A stretch of 50,000 nucleotides of DNA from the NCBI RefSeq assembly GCF_004010195.1, contig NW_025214729.1, forward strand, positions 1 to 50,000. Reading direction: 5' to 3'. Shown in pieces: positions 1 to 11,654 of the stretch. Both the position numbers and the translations under genes were made by a program. Numbering within the stretch: position 1 is the first letter of the stretch; each line of letters opens with the position of its first letter. This DNA comes from Chiloscyllium plagiosum. Taxonomy: Eukaryota. Below the pieces are notes generated by a model, which made no database searches, had not been told where the DNA came from, and saw only the letters and a list, made by a program, of their open reading frames with translations.

Positions 1-1388
1 AAATTTTGGTTTTAGGACTTTACAGGACTGCTGCTGTTAACTCAATTGTGAAAATTTGTAAATACAAGGAATCTGAAATGTTAGCATGCATAAAAGCAAG
101 GGCAAGTTCCAGTTGTTAAGTCTTTGTCAGAGTAGCTGTTGAATAGAAACCTTTAGCCCCTAAAGCATAATGTGCTAGACAACTTTAAGAGGTGAGTATG
201 GAACATAGCAATGAATTGTGCTAGTATTCAGTTGCAGCTTGCATGGGCTGTGGTTATGCAAATTATATTAGGTATTAGGTTCACATATGAACACTTCTGA
301 TAGTCTCCCCAAATTCAGATTCCGCAGGCTGACATTAAAAGTAATTAAAAACGAGCATTTTAAGTTAGCTATACAAACCTCGATTCACTGGACATGTTTG
401 TGCTGCATAATGAACACTATATAGCGTTAAGTTTAGAATAAAGGTATGAGGATATTGTTCAAGATTTGGGCTTTACGTCTTAATAAGGAACTCTCGAAAT
501 AATTGTCTTCAAGGCAATGAACTAAAGTTCAGAATTAAAAACGGTGACATCTTTAAAAAGGGATTGTTTTGATTTGCAGAACAATATTCGTAAAACAGTA
601 TTTTAACTGGGTTCTATTTCTTCGTGGTTACACGGTTATATCTACTTAAAAAAAGGCTGTCAAAAAAAGTTAATTTAAAACCGTCCCAAGGTAAGGCTCA
701 CAGATTCAAACAATAATTCTGGTTGTAGTTACATAAATTACCGATTAATCTGCATATATTTATGTACACAGGAAGCAGTTCTAAATAATTTACTAATCCT
801 GGAATCTGGAGAAGTTAAAGGTTGAGTCTAGACGGTTAAAACTCGCTTTGATTGTGCACAGGATGGCTCAAGCTTTTTCTCTGTGTTTGGACGGAAGTCT
901 GATACGGTTAAGATCTCAAACGCTTTAGCAAACTGGGAAACGCCACTGCTTCCCGGGTATCTTCCTGAATGAGTTGCAATTTGGAGAATCAGGTCCATCT
1001 TAATGGAAAACTACTGTACTGCACATCACGTGCGTGCAAACCGGTTTCGATCAGTTCCAAACTGTTGCGTTTCTCGTTCTCTTATTCACACAAGGGAGCC
1101 TTAAAAGGGGAGCTAAATGTGTTCCGCCACACAAGAAAGTATTAGAGCATTGCGAATAATGAATGAGTTTTTGTGCAGCTCTATTCTGGACTCAGTCCGT
1201 CTCCGCGCGTTGTATTTTTACCTGAAGCACATGCTTTGCGCTGCATGCGCTTTTGTTCATGAGTTGGGAATTTACAACATTGATTTCAAAACCAAGTAAT
1301 CAGGATCGGATTTTCTGCAGATCTCCAGTTAACTCTGTATGAACCTTCTTCTTTTCAGCGCCCGAGGGATTGGGTGTGCGGTGGCGGC

Positions 1389-1443
1389 TGGGGGGGAGGA
1401 GGGAGGAGGTGCTGACGGGGGAGGGGGGGGGGGTGGTGGGAGG
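1389..1443 (+). repeat. G-rich low-complexity tract (potential G-quadruplex)
   Basis: At least five runs of three or more G, including a long homopolymer. Confidence 0.6.
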
Positions 1444-2126
1444 TAGATATTGTTAAAGCAGAAAATTTACTTTTGAAATAAGCATCGACAACACGCTGAC
1501 TACTGAGCGAAAATAACTAGAGAGAACAAAAACGTAACATGCAGGAAGCTCAAGCACTACATAAAATGAATGCACCAGGAGAAAGGAGTAAGAGTTAAAC
1601 AATAGGATTGTGTTTAGTGTTTGTTTGGAGTGAATGCTGTACTCCGTCCCAGGTTTTCACAGCAGCCACCGAGCAGGGGGAATGCCGCCCTCGCCCGGAA
1701 TAGCATAAGGGGAGGGGGTTTTAGAAACTCCCGGGCGCACTGTTTCGAGGCTCCCCCCTTGTCGATGTATCTGAACCGCCGACCAATCAGCGCAGCCGGT
1801 CTCTGTAACCAAACTGGCCAGTCACTCCGGCGGGAAGCTCCCGCCCATCCGCCCACCTCCGATTGGCGGAACCGGGAGCAAGCGGCGGCTGACTGACAGG
1901 CCGTCCTAGGTGGCAGTAGGTCTGAGAGGATGATTGACGCAGGGCGGCGGTCGCCGGTTGGCCCATGCCCCTGTCACTTGGGTTGGTTGGAAGGGGGGGC
2001 GGGGCCCGCGGCCGCCCTTTCCGCTGCCGGGGCTGGGCTGCGTGCGCGGACGCGGCGATGGGGTCGCCCCGGGTTTGATGGTTTGACAGGTGCCCGACTG
2101 CCAGGCAGCTCCTTCCCCAAAAAAGC

Positions 2127-2182
2127 ATGTTCGCCAAAAGCAAAGGTTCGGCGGTGCCCTCGGACGGGCAAGCTCGAGAAAA
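2127..2182 (+). CDS. SSBP3: SSBP3 (single-stranded DNA-binding protein 3, LDB1 cofactor) coding exon 1: MFAKSKGSAVPSDGQAREK
   Basis: ATG at 2127 (aagcATGt). Translation matches the SSBP3 N-terminus as I recall it (MFAKGKGSAVPSDGQAREK) with one G>S change. Canonical donor AA|gtaagt at 2183; 56 coding nt. Confidence 0.95.
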
Positions 2183-2518
2183 GTAAGTTTAATTTTTGTT
2201 ATAACAAAGATAAGGAATTTGCTCACCGTTTAACTGGCTCCCCGGGGCCAGACAGCGGCCGCTGCAGATCGCGGGGATTAAATCTCTTTTCATTATTATT
2301 ATCATTAGTATTTATGTTTGACTCGCACGCTGTGGGTTTCCGCTTCTCCAAAGAAACTGAATGAAACATTGTGTCCGGCGGGGCTGCCTGGGTGTAGTGC
2401 CGCTCGCTGACAAACCCCCCAGCTCCTCTCTTGCTCTCTCCCTCTTTCCCTCTCTGCATTCCCGTGTAATAAATAGAAAGCCTTGTAACCGGCTCCTTTG
2501 TGTCTCCTTCGCCCGCAG

Positions 2519-2591
2519 GTTGGCTCTGTACGTGTACGAATATCTGCTTCATGTCGGGGCACAGAAATCCGCACAGACCTTCCTCTCAGAG
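2519..2591 (+). CDS. SSBP3: SSBP3 exon 2 (LisH motif): (K)[24 protein letters not shown]
   Basis: Polypyrimidine tract and cgcag acceptor, 73 nt, donor GAG|gtaact. Phase is consistent with exon 1. Confidence 0.97.
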
Positions 2592-2817
2592 GTAACTGCA
2601 TGTCTCCATCACTCCGCTTTAGCCTTTGTTTCTCAGGCGGACAATCTCGCCTCCATTTTGAATTGTGTTAACCTTTTGCCATTTATTGTGGCTACAAAAC
2701 AAAAAAAATCCATTCAGCTGACTAGTTCTCAATGCAGCCTGCCCTCGCTCCCTTCTTACCACCTCCCCTCCCCGTTTCCTTCCGTACTTACTCTGAGTTT
2801 TTTTTTAAATTTTGCAG

Positions 2818-2879
2818 ATACGATGGGAGAAAAATATCACATTAGGGGAACCTCCTGGGTTTTTACACTCCTGGTGGTG
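2818..2879 (+). CDS. SSBP3: SSBP3 exon 3: [20 protein letters not shown](C)
   Basis: ttttgcag acceptor, 62 nt, donor TG|gtaagt. In frame; LUFS-domain sequence. Confidence 0.97.
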
Positions 2880-3644
2880 GTAAGTAGATAATTTTAAGTG
2901 TCCCACATTGGGCTTGTGTAGAGTTTCCATCATCGCTCCAAGTAATAAATACAGATACTTTTATTCTGTTTTCTTTTGGAACTTTTTGGCAACATTGTAT
3001 CAAAAATACTGATACTGGGGTCCATACAAAGGGCTTTACTAGCAACAGGCATCTCTTGTTAAAAATCGGAAGTTTTGGTGCTGATTAAACGCCTTTTCGT
3101 TAACGAGTTTATAATTTATGGTCTTTTTAAATCCAGCTTACACAAATTGTTTTCATGATGCGTTTTGAGCCATGCAGCTTTATGCTAGGGTTTCGAGAGT
3201 ACATGAGATCATTTCACAAGGATCGCAGAGACAGAAAATGTTACCTGTATTCTCCCTCCCCTCCCCCCAAGTTACTGTACTGCGCAGCGTTTACAAACTC
3301 GAGTTGCTTTGCTCTTGATTTGGAACTTTCGGGTGCAGTGTATAGTAACTGTTTACTATGTAGATTTAAAATGCAAAACGACTGCTCTCGGACCCTCTTG
3401 TTACTTTGTTAACACCGATAGGAAACCTGACTATTTTTGATCGGTTATTGTTGTTGGTTCAGTGCAAAACTGCACCTTTTGAAGGTTGAATCCCATCCTG
3501 GCTTGCAACTTTTGTCCCCTTTTATTGAGCATTTCAGCTTTTGCTCGATGTGGTTCCACGGGTGGGAGCAGTTTTTCCAGCTCCTCATCCAAGTAGTCAA
3601 TGATTAATCTGGTAATACAGGCAAGTTTGATTGGGTTCTTCACT

Positions 3645-3878
3645 AAACAGAAAAAAAGTGGATGCTGGAAATCAGAAGAAAAAAACGAATTGCTGGGACA
3701 GCTGAGCAGGTCTGGCAGCATCTTTGGAGAGAAAGCAGAGTTAACATTTTGGTCCAGTGACTCTTCAGGAGTGAAGAAGCAAAGTTCTGAAGAAAGTTCA
3801 CTGAACCTGAAATGTTAACTCTGCTTTCTCTCCACAAATGCTGCCAGATCTGCTAAGTTTTCCCAGCAATTTCTTTTT
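3645..3878. mobile_element. Fold-back PLE-derived element (family A) with a decayed hammerhead motif
   Basis: Arms ~3687-3768 and ~3787-3873 are reverse complements. The right arm begins CTGAAGA-AAGTTCACTGAACCT-GAAATGTTA. Confidence 0.7.
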
Positions 3879-4790
3879 TAAATTGGACGTTGGGCAAGAA
3901 CCCATGTACGTCCATTTGCGATAGTACTTGGAATGTTGAATGGGTACCGTGGCTAGTTAACTAACAGCTTCAAACCCATTACTCCCGAAAACATTGTCAT
4001 TGTGCCATCGTGCTGGATCAGATCAACCAAAGACAAATTGGAGACTGGAACTTGGAATCTCTGCATACTGTGGCTCAGCTTTACAGCAGAATTACTTTAT
4101 TGGCATCACTTTTACTGTTGGCTATTTGTTTAGGGTCATGTGGTGGTTCTCTGCTTTGAGGGCAGAAGGGTGAGCTAATATTGCTCTCACTCAATACGAT
4201 ATTCAACGTCCTAGGTGCAATTAAGCATCTTAGTGAAAAATTGAGGAGTCCCCACAGTGGTATTCCTTCTATTAACTGATTATAGTGATGCTGATTGCAG
4301 CTATGTAGCCACCCACACAGTCCTGTTGAAACTAAAAGAGGAAATGGCAGCTGCTTGGGAATATATGGGGGTGGGAAAGATCCAAGAGAATTTCATACTG
4401 GACATATTTAGTGAATTGGGAGTTCTATTGCCATATAAGTGATATGTATATATGATCAGACTGAGATTTGTACAGCTGTCATCTTAACAAGCAGATTTTT
4501 AATATTGAACAATTTGTAATATGTCAGATAATTAACATGTTGGTAAACATTTATTTGTATGCTTATTTGTACATTTGTGTAGCATTTTGGGCAACCTTAA
4601 TTGGCAGTAATTAGTCTTTTTGCATCATTTACTGTGGGCTGGATGCCAAGATGCCCAAATTAAGTTTCGGGATTTTTTGCCAATGTTTTCCATCCTCCCT
4701 GCACCCTCATTCAATTTCCCATGATGGGAAGGACAGCCACTTTTGCTGGATAGCCTCAGACAGTACCATTTATTATTGACTGTTAAACAA

Positions 4791-5092
4791 AGTGGTTAGC
4801 ACTGCTGCCTCAGCGCCAGAGACCCGGGTTCAATTCCCGCCTCAGGCGACTGACTGTGTGGAGTTTGCACATTCTCCCCGTGTCTGCGTGGGTTTCCTCC
4901 GGGTGCTCTGGTTTCCTCCCACAGTCCAAAAATGTGCAGGTTAGGTGAATTGGCCATGCGAAATTGCCTGTAGTGTTAGGTGAAGGGGTAAATGTAGGGG
5001 AATGGGTCTTGGTGGGTCACGCTTCGGCGGGTCGGTGTGGACTTGTTGGACTGAAGGGCCTGTTTCCACACTGTGTAAGTAATCTAAATCTA
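4791..5092 (+). mobile_element. HE1 / V-SINE (tRNA-derived), slightly 5'-truncated
   Basis: B-box GGTTCAATTCC, V-domain GTGGAGTTTGCACATTCTCCCCGTGTCTGCGTGGGTTTCC, CR1-like 3' end GAAGGGCCTGTTTCCACACTG and an AATCT-type tail. Confidence 0.9.
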
Positions 5093-5104
5093 CAAAATCA
5101 AACT

Positions 5105-5205
5105 TGTTCTGAAGTGTCGCTAGATTGGAACATTAACTCTGCTTTTCTCTACAGATGCTGCCAGACATGCTGAGTTTCTCTAGCAAATTTCTGTTTTATT
5201 TCAAA
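5105..5205 (+). mobile_element. Single arm of a family A PLE-derived element
   Basis: TTAACTCTGCTTTTCTCTACAGATGCTGCCAGAC matches the right arm at 3815-3873. Confidence 0.6.
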
Positions 5206-5389
5206 TCAAACTTGGGGCCCATATCTTCCTAGGGTTTGATTTGCTAGTATTACATATGAAGGATTAATTGCTTCAGCGATTAAGTGTACATAAGAATATT
5301 ATAAGCCATCCAAAATCCCTCTACGCACGAGTTACTAAACTGAAGTCAGTGGTGGACTCATACCTCTTCTACCAACCCTCCCCTCCCCA

Positions 5390-6065
5390 ATCAGGGATGA
5401 CTTACTTAGACTCTGGTTGAAAGAGTTCTGAGATGGCTTATCAGCTCAATGTGATCTGCAAACTTTGTTGCACACTACTCTGGTGTTGCTTGAAGGGTTG
5501 AGCAGATGAGTTATTTTGGAGGTTTGTGTTCTCACTCCTTGGCTTCACACGTGCACAATTCTAAGCCCCACAATGCTTTCAGTGCCTTCCTGGATGAGCC
5601 GTATCAATTTTAATTGGTCAAGAGTCAGGGTCTCCAAGGAATTGGGGTATGATTTACCTCTTTGGGGTGTTCTGGGAATATTCTTAAAGCACTTTTGCTA
5701 TCTTCGTGGGAATCTCCTGGGACCAAGTTCTAATTAGAGCTGTCACTTTGGAAATCCAGTATTTGCAGACAAATGGCATGTTGCCCAGCAGAACTGGTTT
5801 TGAATAATTTGTGCCTTGATGCTGGGTAAGCTGACTTTGGGGAGGATGCTGCTGTTGGAGTTCCTTTCTGGCCACTGAATTTGAAGGATCTTGTTGAGCT
5901 CTTCCACTGCTTTTGAGATACTTGTTGTAGGTTGTCCATATCTCAGTGAATGGAGTGCTGATATCACCATTTCTTGATACACTATGACATTAGTCTTTTG
6001 TGCATTAACCTTGTTCTCAAAAACTCTTTCCCCAGTTGGCTGAAGATTGACCCGGCACATGTTAC
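5390..6065 (-). mobile_element. Decayed RTE-clade LINE 3' fragment
   Basis: ORF 5743-6060(-) reads VFENK...KILQIQW...SLPSI...IQNQFCWA, resembling the RTE C-terminal region LRKILxIxW...LPSI...QLRWAGH. Confidence 0.7.
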
Positions 6066-6458
6066 TTATTAGACTGAGAATCCCACGATCTAAATTCTGT
6101 TTTAATCTAAGTTTTTAATTTTCAGTAATCTTCACTAAAATACCTTTGTAACCAAGAGGCACAAACAATTATGTGAATGTGCAAAGTGCATCATTTTATT
6201 ATTGCTCTCTTGGTAACTTGATCAGCTGTTGTTTATCTTGTTTTTGGGAAAGTCTGATATATTGTTGAATATATCAGACAGTCAGTGGTTTTCTTGGGTC
6301 CTTGTATGTTTTGTTAAAAATATTAGGGAATCTGAAGCCACCTTGAAAATGTAACTTAAAAGGAGTCCTCACCTTTACATATTAAAGAGCCTAAACCATT
6401 ATATCCCATCCTAAAAGATGCAAGACTTGGTCTGAAGAAGGTTTGTTTAATATATCAT

Positions 6459-6748
6459 GGGCGGCACGGTGGCACAGTGGTTAGCACTGCTGCCTCACAG
6501 CGCCAGAGACCTGGGTTCAATTCCCGCCCAGGCGACTGACTTGTGGAGTTTGCACATTCTCCCCGTGTCTGCGTGGGTTTCCTCCCACAGTCCAAAGATG
6601 TGCAGGTCAGGTGAATTGGCCATGCGAAATTGCCCGTTGTGTTAGGTAAGGGGTAAATGTAGGGTATGGGTGGTTTGCGCTTCGGCGGGGTGGTGTGGAC
6701 TTGTTGGGCCGAAGGGCCTGTTTCCACACTGTAAAGTAATCTAATCTA
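6459..6748 (+). mobile_element. Full-length HE1 / V-SINE with 7-bp TSD ATATCAT
   Basis: Starts GGGCGGCACGGTGGCACAGTGGTTAGC; has A/B boxes, V-domain and (AATCT)n tail. ATATCAT at 6452-6458 and 6749-6755. Confidence 0.92.
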
Positions 6749-6814
6749 ATATCATTACAACTAAGTGACACTGTAACCCTTTTGTTCTAAATTCTTCTGG
6801 TCCTGTTGCACCAC

Positions 6815-6849
6815 CACCTGATGAAGAGGCAGTGCCTCGAAAGCTAGTG
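6815..6849 (+). ncRNA. Minimal type I hammerhead ribozyme motif (PLE type)
   Basis: CAC-CTGATGA-A-GAGGC-agt-GCCTC-GAAAGCTA-GTG: stem I CAC/GTG, perfect 5-bp stem II, palindromic AGCT stem III, predicted cut after UA (6846). Activity is not shown by sequence alone. Confidence 0.75.
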
Positions 6850-7524
6850 CTTCCAAATAAACCTGATGGACTAGAAACTGGTATTGTGATCTTTAACTTT
6901 GTCCATGCCAGTCCAACACCAGCACCTCCAAATCATTGTTAAAAATGAATCTTCAAAGGGACAGTGATTGCAAAAAATGGCAGTTAAGTTGTTTTTGTTC
7001 ATTTGCACTCGAGTATTTTGGGTTCCTTTATTGATGAAAGCCAAAAGATGATGTATTCACTTGTTTTGCTTTTCAGACTTTGCTACTGATTATTTGTTTT
7101 ACATTTTTATGCTGAAAATTATCTGTATGCAATCCCAGTGGAACGCTGATGTTTGGAACTTTATGTACTTCTGTAGAGATTTTAACATTTCTTTGGGCTT
7201 TGTCTGACTATGTGAACCAATGTGTCATAATTGTGTGAATCACATGACTATATTTAAGCTGTTGGTTGTTTACCAAAAAAAATTATCATGTTAAACACTC
7301 AAAGTGGAAAAGTAGCACAGAACATGCAGCTGCTCTGGACTGCCTCCACATTGTTATGGGGAGGTCTTGCGTAAAGGTAGTAGGGTTTACCTAATGACCT
7401 AAGATCTATGTGTAGGCCGAGAAGCAGCATTGGCTGGTGGCAAATGCTGTTAGCAGAGCAATGTTCTAATATTTTTCACTGAATTAATACTTCGAACTTT
7501 CCTGGCAGTTGCTTGGGCTAGATA

Positions 7525-7700
7525 CATTGTGTGAGATTTGAATCATATAGATCAGGTTCAATCTATGCTTTTGCTAATCTCTGCCTTGATAGTGGGGTGC
7601 CAAAGGTGTCCTCCATGACCCCAGGCTAGGGAGGGAAGGACCAGCTAGATTTACTGATTATTATGCATGAACTCCTGTTGGAAGGGTGTGTTGAATGGAG
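7525..7700 (+). mobile_element. Old unclassified SINE-like repeat
   Basis: B-box-like GGTTCAATC followed by CCAGGCTAGGGAGGGAAG. Similar decayed sequence at ~12945-13080 (+) and ~33760-33895 (-). Confidence 0.4.
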
Positions 7701-8866
7701 GCGGATTCAAGGGAATATTCATTTCAGCAAAATACCAATAAAAAAAAGTTAATAGTTGAACCACAGTAGACGGACTGAAACATAAACTTAATGTAACAGA
7801 AGTCATTCTGAACCAATGTCACTTAGCATCTCGCACAAAGTAATTAGAATTGCCTTTCAACTGAGTCTTGGTGGCAACTGCTTGGGAGCCATTCAAGAGG
7901 AAGTTGTATGGGAGATTCAAAGTTGTATAGTTGAACTAAATTATGCAGTGAGCTTTTGTGTTTTGTGAGGTGGATAAAGGTAGGATGAGGGTTTATTAAG
8001 AATAAGAGGCTATGACACGGCTCTGGTGGAATAGCTTGCTGTTACCATTTAGATGGACAGTCTTGTCTTTTAGCAGATGATAATGCCTGTGAAATTGAAC
8101 CTCCTTATGAATATGTGCTTTCTGAAGAAGGTTGGGACTTTTGATAAAAAGTAGGGTTAGGAAATTGGTTTTTATCATATTTTCAATAACTTGCCCTTAA
8201 TTACTAGAAATTAAGAACCCTTACAAGTAGGTCTGGATTTCAGTTTGATGGCTGTGAATTGTGTGTAGTACAATTTGGAGAGCTGTCAATGGGACCCTAA
8301 TTATATAAAATAATGATTTGACTAGTTTGCAAATTTATGGGCTCAGTCAGGTAAGTGTTTTAGTTGAACATCTGCAGGTAGAGGCCTGTGGTGGAACCTG
8401 GGGATTTGTGAAGTGCAGCACACACTATGAATGGGACTAAGCAGATGCCTTCACAGGGACTGAGAAGTTGGAATTGTAATTGTTTTCTAGCAGCTAGTAT
8501 TTACAGTCTAAGTTGGGATCTTGAATTATTTGGTTATTACTGAAACAGAATACTATTACCAATTTTAACTCCTGTCATTTGATGTAAATATACAGCTGTA
8601 TACTCTTTAGTCAGTTGCTTTTTAAACCTGAGAGTTTATTAACTACTACTTAAAGTTGTGACTGCTTTTGTGGTTTTGATGCCAGTATACACCTTATATT
8701 TATATAGCTTATCATTGAAAGCTGTGTTTTCCTGAGCATAGTGTATTGCAGCACAATGAGCTATGCTAACAAACAGTATCAAATGTTTTTTGCATGTGCA
8801 TGCCTGGAGTATACTTTTGTTTTGCTGAGAAAGAAATAGTAACAGATCTTTTTTCCTTCCCTATAG

Positions 8867-8951
8867 TGTATTTTGGGACCTTTACTGTGCAGCTCCAGAA
8901 AGGCGAGACACGTGTGAACATTCAAGTGAAGCGAAAGCCTTCCATGATTAT
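8867..8951 (+). CDS. SSBP3: SSBP3 exon 4: (C)[28 protein letters not shown]
   Basis: ttttttccttccctatag acceptor, 85 nt, donor TAT|gtgagt. Completes the 92-aa N-terminal region in frame. Confidence 0.97.
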
Positions 8952-10074
8952 GTGAGTTTCAAAAATTCCTGTGAATAATTGTAGGCTCTCAATAATTCTG
9001 TGTGCAGGGTATGCCAAATGGAATGCCAGTTTTGAAATCAGATGCTTTTCTTTGCAGGAAACTATTTCTGTGCTGTGAAATTTGAGATACAATCTCATAA
9101 TTTATTGGTGTGTAGTCTGAAAATGGTTGATTGTGGTTTTCTGGCCTGAAATGGTAATGGTTGATTAGGAAACAATTTTGGTTTTGAGAATACTGTCTAA
9201 TTGTGTGATCACTACTTTTATTACATGAAGCAAGTGAAAAAGCATTTGAGGACAACAATTATACAAATGTGGACCTTGTGTTTTAAAAGTTCACTTCAAA
9301 GGAATTTGCGTTACTTTGGGTTTGCTGTGGATTTACATGAGCCTTGCCTTCAAATCTGTTTAAGTGGAGGTTATTTGCCACTTGCCTTTTGGAGATTGTG
9401 TACTGGTGCATGTAACTTTTGGTAGTTGCCTGGAGCACATCAGTACAGTGAAAAGTCCAGTGAAATAAACATGCATTGTTTCCAAAATCTAGAATTGAAA
9501 CTTTCAGCATTGATTATTGGAGATTTAGCTATCATTTAAGAATAAGCTATGGAAATGTTTGACACAGACTGGAACTGATTTTTGTGCAAGATCAAGAATA
9601 AAATAAACCTTGTGATGGAAAAGGAAAGTGGAAGCTTCTATAAATTGACATCTCGATAGATTTTAATATAAGCATTTTTGAAGTTACTTAGTGATTGTGC
9701 ACAGAGTGCAAATGAAATACATAATGGAGTAGAGTTTGTCGCAGATTTTTAGTTTACTTTGTTTTCTTTCCTTCTGGTGAGTGGCAGTGGCATGTCCGTG
9801 TTAGTGAATGGTGAATAGTGCAAACTGCTTCCTTAGTGTAAAGCTTGTACTACAAAAGTAAGCTGCCTTTCTGGGATTCACTTATTTTGGAAAATGTTGT
9901 CATGTGTTTTAAGGCTTTTTCAATAATTCATTTCTTTCACTTTACAGCTGTGTTTCAAATTAGACAGTTGGGTCTGAATGGTTGCTTATCTGTAGACTGT
10001 TTTTAAGCATAACCGTCATGAATCTTGAAATATACAGGATATCTGTTAACATTTATGCAATGGTGTTTTCTTTT

Positions 10075-10700
10075 AATACTCTTGGGATGCGGGCATTGTT
10101 GGTTGGCCAGCCTTTATGGCCCATCCCGAGTTGCCCTTGAGAAGGTGATGGTGAGCTGCCACCTTGACCTGTTCAAAGTCCACAGTCTGAAGGTAAACCC
10201 AAAATGCCACTAAGAAGGAAATTCCAGGATTTCAACCCAATGACAGTGAAGGAACTGTGTTGTATTCCCAAGTAAGAACAGAGTGGCTTGGAGGGACCTT
10301 GCAGGTAGTGGTGGTCCTATGTATTTGCTGCCCTTGTCCTTCTGGATGAAAGTAGTCGTGGGTCTGGGAGGTGTTGTCTAAGGATCTTTGGTAAATCTCT
10401 GCAGTGCATCTTCCATATAATACATATTAATCCTGGATGTTTGTGAATGTGGTGCAAGACAAGCAGACTACTTTGCCCTGGTTGTTGTCAAGTTTCCTGA
10501 ATGTTGTTGGATCTGCTGTTGTTCAGGCAGGTATTCCATCACACTTCTGACTTGTCTAGTAGATGGTGGACAGGTTTTGGACAGTCAGGACATGAGTACA
10601 TGCACAGTATTCATAACTTCTGACTTCCTCTTGTAGCTGCTGTATTTATATGGCAAGTCCAGTTCAGTGTTTGGCCAATGGTATCCCCAGGATGTTGACA
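10075..10700 (-). mobile_element. Old CR1/L2-like LINE 3' fragment
   Basis: GGCCAGCCTTTATGGCCCATCCC...GCCCTTGAGAAGGTG is shared with copies at 19785, 26020 and 42205. Confidence 0.65.
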
Positions 10701-11654
10701 GTTTAGCAGGATAGTTGTGCTAACTTTACTGCACAACTATTTAGTGTGCTGTTTATTTTAAAGTTAATTGGTATGCCTCTCTGGTTCAACTAAGTTGGAC
10801 CTTTCTGTCATCTGCTTGCTAATGGAACCTGAAATAGAGTTAGTGTGCTTGTATAAGAGTGAGAGCTGCATCTTCTCAGCGTTGTTGTGCTAGAGACTAG
10901 AAAATTTATAACCCGAGCACGAGGTTTTATTTGTTGACCAGGTGACAACAACCTGTTGATGATTAACTGAACTTGTAGGTAGGACTGAATGATTGGAGCC
11001 AGGCTAGAGCACCCGATTGAGTATCAATAGTTTGAGAAACCAGTTTGAAAAGGTGTTGTTGAAGTGTACTTGTCACATAACATTGCGTATATTCTGCACA
11101 CATTAATATGCAATGTCAAACTGCAAGTTTAGTATTCTTGTTTTTAGTTTTGCAGGTAGCCTCTAAGTGGAATGATATTATGTATTTTTTTTGTTTGTTA
11201 AACATTTGATTTACTTTATCTAAAAGTGTAAAATGAATATAGAACTTCAGGTTTTACGGACTTTCAGAACATTCGTTGCTAAACTTAAGAAAATCACAAC
11301 TGCAAATGTTGTCGAGTACTGTGTCTAGTTTTCAGTAAATATTGGTTTATAATGTACAGCTGTCTTGGAAAGTTATTTCTTTGCCATATAATAGCATCTG
11401 AGGTGACAAATTTTGAATGCAAAAGTTGATAAATATGGACAAGGCTTGACAGTATTGAGCTAAAAAGTACATGATTAATCAAAGCTTGCTTGAGATTTAA
11501 CAACTTAATGCCTGACTGCATTGTTTTTGTGGTTTTAAAGGATTAAAAACATGGGTGATGTTGCTATCAATCCTCTTGATAAGTTAGCTGTTTGTCCAGC
11601 AGAACTACAATTATGGTGCTTTAGTTGTCCTTGATACTCCTTGGAAATCTTAAG

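Larger units (their letters stand above)
1640..2660. promoter_or_regulatory. CpG island / SSBP3 promoter and 5' leader
   Basis: High GC and CpG density relative to the rest of the window. CCAAT box at 1783-1787, inverted CCAAT (ATTGG) at 1862-1866, GC boxes CCGCCC at 1841 and 1849; no TATA box. Confidence 0.85.
6345..6936 (+). mobile_element. PLE-derived element (family B) interrupted by an HE1 SINE, carrying a hammerhead motif
   Basis: 6770-6935 is homologous to the arms of the 43164-43553 fold-back element (CACCTGATGAAG...GAAAGCTAGTGCTTCCAA). The left boundary is approximate. Confidence 0.65.

Noticed and set aside
1614..2226. Several overlapping ORFs on both strands in the promoter
   Set aside because: Expected from stop-codon scarcity in a GC-rich CpG island; no recognisable protein features.
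2361..2891. 176-aa ORF as a single-exon gene
   Set aside because: It reads through SSBP3 exon 2 plus intron sequence; canonical splice sites explain the true structure.
6459..6530. tRNA gene-like sequences at SINE heads
   Set aside because: They continue into the V-domain and LINE-derived tail, so they are SINEs rather than tRNA genes.
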